DNA of 64,000 nucleotides from an uncultured Fibrobacterota bacterium (GTDB lineage Bacteria; Fibrobacterota; Chitinivibrionia; Chitinivibrionales; FEN-1185): NCBI GenBank assembly GCA_963753345.1, contig CAVWBU010000024.1, positions 128,001 to 192,000 of the forward strand, read 5' to 3'. Shown piece by piece: positions 61,734 to 64,000 of this stretch (position 1 is its first letter; each line of letters starts with the position of its first letter). The notes under the pieces were generated by a model. It saw only the letters and a program-made list of their open reading frames with translations, ran no database searches and was not told where the DNA came from. The position numbers and the translations under genes were made by a program.

Positions 61734-62588
61734 ATGCGAGCCTATTGTCTTACGTGCGAACTTTCTCCTGAGTCAAGCGAGCTTGCCCAGGCCCAATGGT
61801 ACGGGATAGGGATGCTCGGGTGCGAGGAGGAATCCGCAGGGAAAAACGTGCGGCTCAAATGCTATTTTCCCACGAGCGCGACGCTGCACGCCGCAGAGTT
61901 CCATCTCATGGATTTGAGCCCGTCGCAGCCGATTACCGTTTCGGTGGTTCCGGACGAGGACTGGAACGCGCGGTGGAAGCAGTCGATGAAGCCCGTGCAG
62001 GTTGCTCCCGGCATCTGGGTGTCGCCCGCATGGCTTAGGCCGCCCCTGTCGCCCGGCCACAAATGGATAAAAATCGAGCCGAAAATGGCCTTCGGCACCG
62101 GCCATCACGAGACCACGAGGCTTGCCTGCCGCATCCTGCAGGAAGTGATGGAAAAGGCGGACGCCCCTCCGTCGCTTCTTGACATAGGCTCGGGTTCCGG
62201 CGTCCTGTGCCTCGTTGCCGACTGTTGCGGCGCCTCGCGCGCCGTCGGCGTGGAGGTTGACCCCGTGTGCGGCCCGAACATGGCCGAAAACCTGCGCAGG
62301 AACCGCCCGAAATCGCCCGTGGGTTTTGCCGTGGGCGACGTGCGCTGCCTCAAGGAAAATGCGCGATTCGACATCGTCGTCATGAACATGATATCGTCAC
62401 AGGGAATGCCGATTCTCGACGACGTGCGCCTGCTGCTCAGGGACGGCGGGCGGTTTGTCTGGTCGGGGCTTCTGCTGGATGAGAGGAAGGGCCTTACGGC
62501 CTCGGCCCGCGCTCACGGATTCGCGTTCGACAAGGACGCCCACGAGAACGAATGGTGGTGCGCCTCTTTTGTCAAGACTGCGTCATAG
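61734..62588 (+). CDS. prmA: Ribosomal protein L11 methyltransferase
   Basis: EDWNARWK, IEPKMAFGTGHHETT, LDIGSGSGVL, WSGLL, NEW. Confidence 0.92.
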   Translation: MRAYCLTCELSPESSELAQAQWYGIGMLGCEEESAGKNVRLKCYFPTSATLHAAEFHLMDLSPSQPITVSVVPDEDWNARWKQSMKPVQVAPGIWVSPAWLRPPLSPGHKWIKIEPKMAFGTGHHETTRLACRILQEVMEKADAPPSLLDIGSGSGVLCLVADCCGASRAVGVEVDPVCGPNMAENLRRNRPKSPVGFAVGDVRCLKENARFDIVVMNMISSQGMPILDDVRLLLRDGGRFVWSGLLLDERKGLTASARAHGFAFDKDAHENEWWCASFVKTAS

Positions 62589-62597
62589 GGAACCTCC

Positions 62598-64000
62598 ATG
62601 GAAAACGGATCACCCGATCGAGAAGTGGAGAGCGGCGGCCCTGGGCCTTCGTCCCCGGGCATTCTCTCACGGGAGATTCCGGTGCTGCCCGACGGCTCCG
62701 CTCCCCTGCCGCTCGGCTCCGGCACCATCGTGTCGGTGCTCGGCGAGGGCGGCGTTGCTATCGTGTACGAGATCTGGGTGGAAAAGCTCGGGGTCGCCCG
62801 CGCCGTGAAGGTGCTCAAGCCGAACGCCTCCATCGAATCGGCCGGCAGGTTCGAAACCGAAATGCGGATAACGGCCCAGTTGCGCCATCCCAACATCATC
62901 GAAATCCACAACGTGGGCGAGTGGCACGGGCTCCCCTACATCGAGATGGAAAAGATAGAAGGGTTTTCCCTCGACACCATCATCCGCGAACGGGGGAGCC
63001 TGCCCCTTCCAATCTGCACGTCCATAGCGATCATCACGTGCAGGGCGCTTTCCTACACGCACAACCATGTCTATCTTGTAAACGATGTGGAACACCGCGG
63101 GATCCTGCACCGCGACCTCAAGCCGGGCAACATCATGATCTCGCGGTCGGGCGCGGTGAAACTCATGGACTTCGGCCTTGCCACGCCGACCGGCATCTCC
63201 ATGCACACCATGGAGGGGACCGTGGTGGGATCGCTGCAGTACATAGCGCCGGAGCTTTTAGAGGAAAGCCGGCGGGCCGATGCGCGGTCCGACATCTTTT
63301 CGCTCGGCTGCGTGCTGTACGAGATGATAACCGGTCACAAAACGTTCTCCGAGAAGAACATGGCCAAGCTGGTGACGGCGCGGCTCAAGAACGACTACAA
63401 ACCGCTGGGGGAATTCAGGGTCAAATGCCCTCGCTCGCTTGCAACGCTGGTGACCGGCTGTCTCGCGCTGCACCCGGAAAAACGCTTTCGTTCCGCCGCG
63501 GAAGTCCTGAGGCGGCTGGAGAAAATTCACGCAAGACTGACAAATGACAAGCCGGAAGACCTTGTCGAATGCTACATCAACTCCAGCCTCCGGAAGAACA
63601 CCGTCTCGTTCAGGCGGCCGCTGCCCCGTTTCGGCGTCGCTCCCGCGGTCGCCGCCGCGGCGGTCGCTATCGGCGGGTGCCTGTTTGCCATGCCCGATCT
63701 CCCCTACCGTATTGAGCGCTTCATCGCGTACGCGCGATTCACCAGCGCGCCGGAGGCCTATCGCCGGATAACCGGCTTGCCCGCGGCGAGGCGGTTGTCC
63801 GGGAAACGGCAGGGCCAGTCTTCCGAAGGACCGGTTCCCTCCCGTAAAGCTTGGACCGGCGAGAATCCTGCGTCCCCGGCCGAGCCGAAGAGCGGCTGGC
63901 AGTCCGGTGCGGCTCCCGGCCCGGAAGACCGGGCTCTTGTCGCGGCGCTGCAGAGAAAATACGGCACCAGAGACATGCTCGACATACTGGGCCGCGAAAC
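62598..64000 (+). CDS. Hanks-type Ser/Thr protein kinase with TM helix, 3' partial (not in the ORF track)
   Basis: Translated by hand from ATG 62598: LGEGGVAIVY, AVKVL, HPNII, HRDLKPGN, MDFGLA, Y.APE, DIFSLG; runs off the window end. Confidence 0.93.
   Translation, partial: MENGSPDREVESGGPGPSSPGILSREIPVLPDGSAPLPLGSGTIVSVLGEGGVAIVYEIWVEKLGVARAVKVLKPNASIESAGRFETEMRITAQLRHPNIIEIHNVGEWHGLPYIEMEKIEGFSLDTIIRERGSLPLPICTSIAIITCRALSYTHNHVYLVNDVEHRGILHRDLKPGNIMISRSGAVKLMDFGLATPTGISMHTMEGTVVGSLQYIAPELLEESRRADARSDIFSLGCVLYEMITGHKTFSEKNMAKLVTARLKNDYKPLGEFRVKCPRSLATLVTGCLALHPEKRFRSAAEVLRRLEKIHARLTNDKPEDLVECYINSSLRKNTVSFRRPLPRFGVAPAVAAAAVAIGGCLFAMPDLPYRIERFIAYARFTSAPEAYRRITGLPAARRLSGKRQGQSSEGPVPSRKAWTGENPASPAEPKSGWQSGAAPGPEDRALVAALQRKYGTRDMLDILGRE

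Overview
A 64-kb GC-rich bacterial chromosomal window. The pilin type, T9SS/FlgD-like C-terminal tail and tmRNA tag suggest an FCB-group organism, possibly Fibrobacterota/Chitinivibrionia; this is inference only. Housekeeping genes (asd, htpG, kup, coaE, nifS, nadA, thiE, thiC, lpxH, prmA, DksA/TraR, ssrA) are mixed with signalling genes (two SpoIIE phosphatases, an HD-GYP-like protein, a Ser/Thr kinase) and envelope genes. The most striking locus is a ~15.4-kb, tightly coupled minus-strand operon just downstream of ssrA (26604-11166) encoding an apparent hybrid RND/ABC export machine. Its gene order is: ABC ATPase, ABC-2 permease fused to an M1-aminopeptidase-like and a golvesin-like domain, TolC, adaptor, AcrB-like subunit, a second AcrB-like subunit fused to an ABC ATPase whose N-terminal strands are split by a ~178-aa membrane insert, and a second permease. 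Also notable are a tandem kinase-like/pseudokinase protein, a 59-aa very acidic protein (absent from the ORF track) behind a perfect sigma70 promoter, a very divergent enolase, gene fragments at the ssrA 3' end, several REP/MITE-like hairpin clusters, and four single-base frameshifts that may be assembly errors. All family assignments come from motif recognition by eye; no searches were run.
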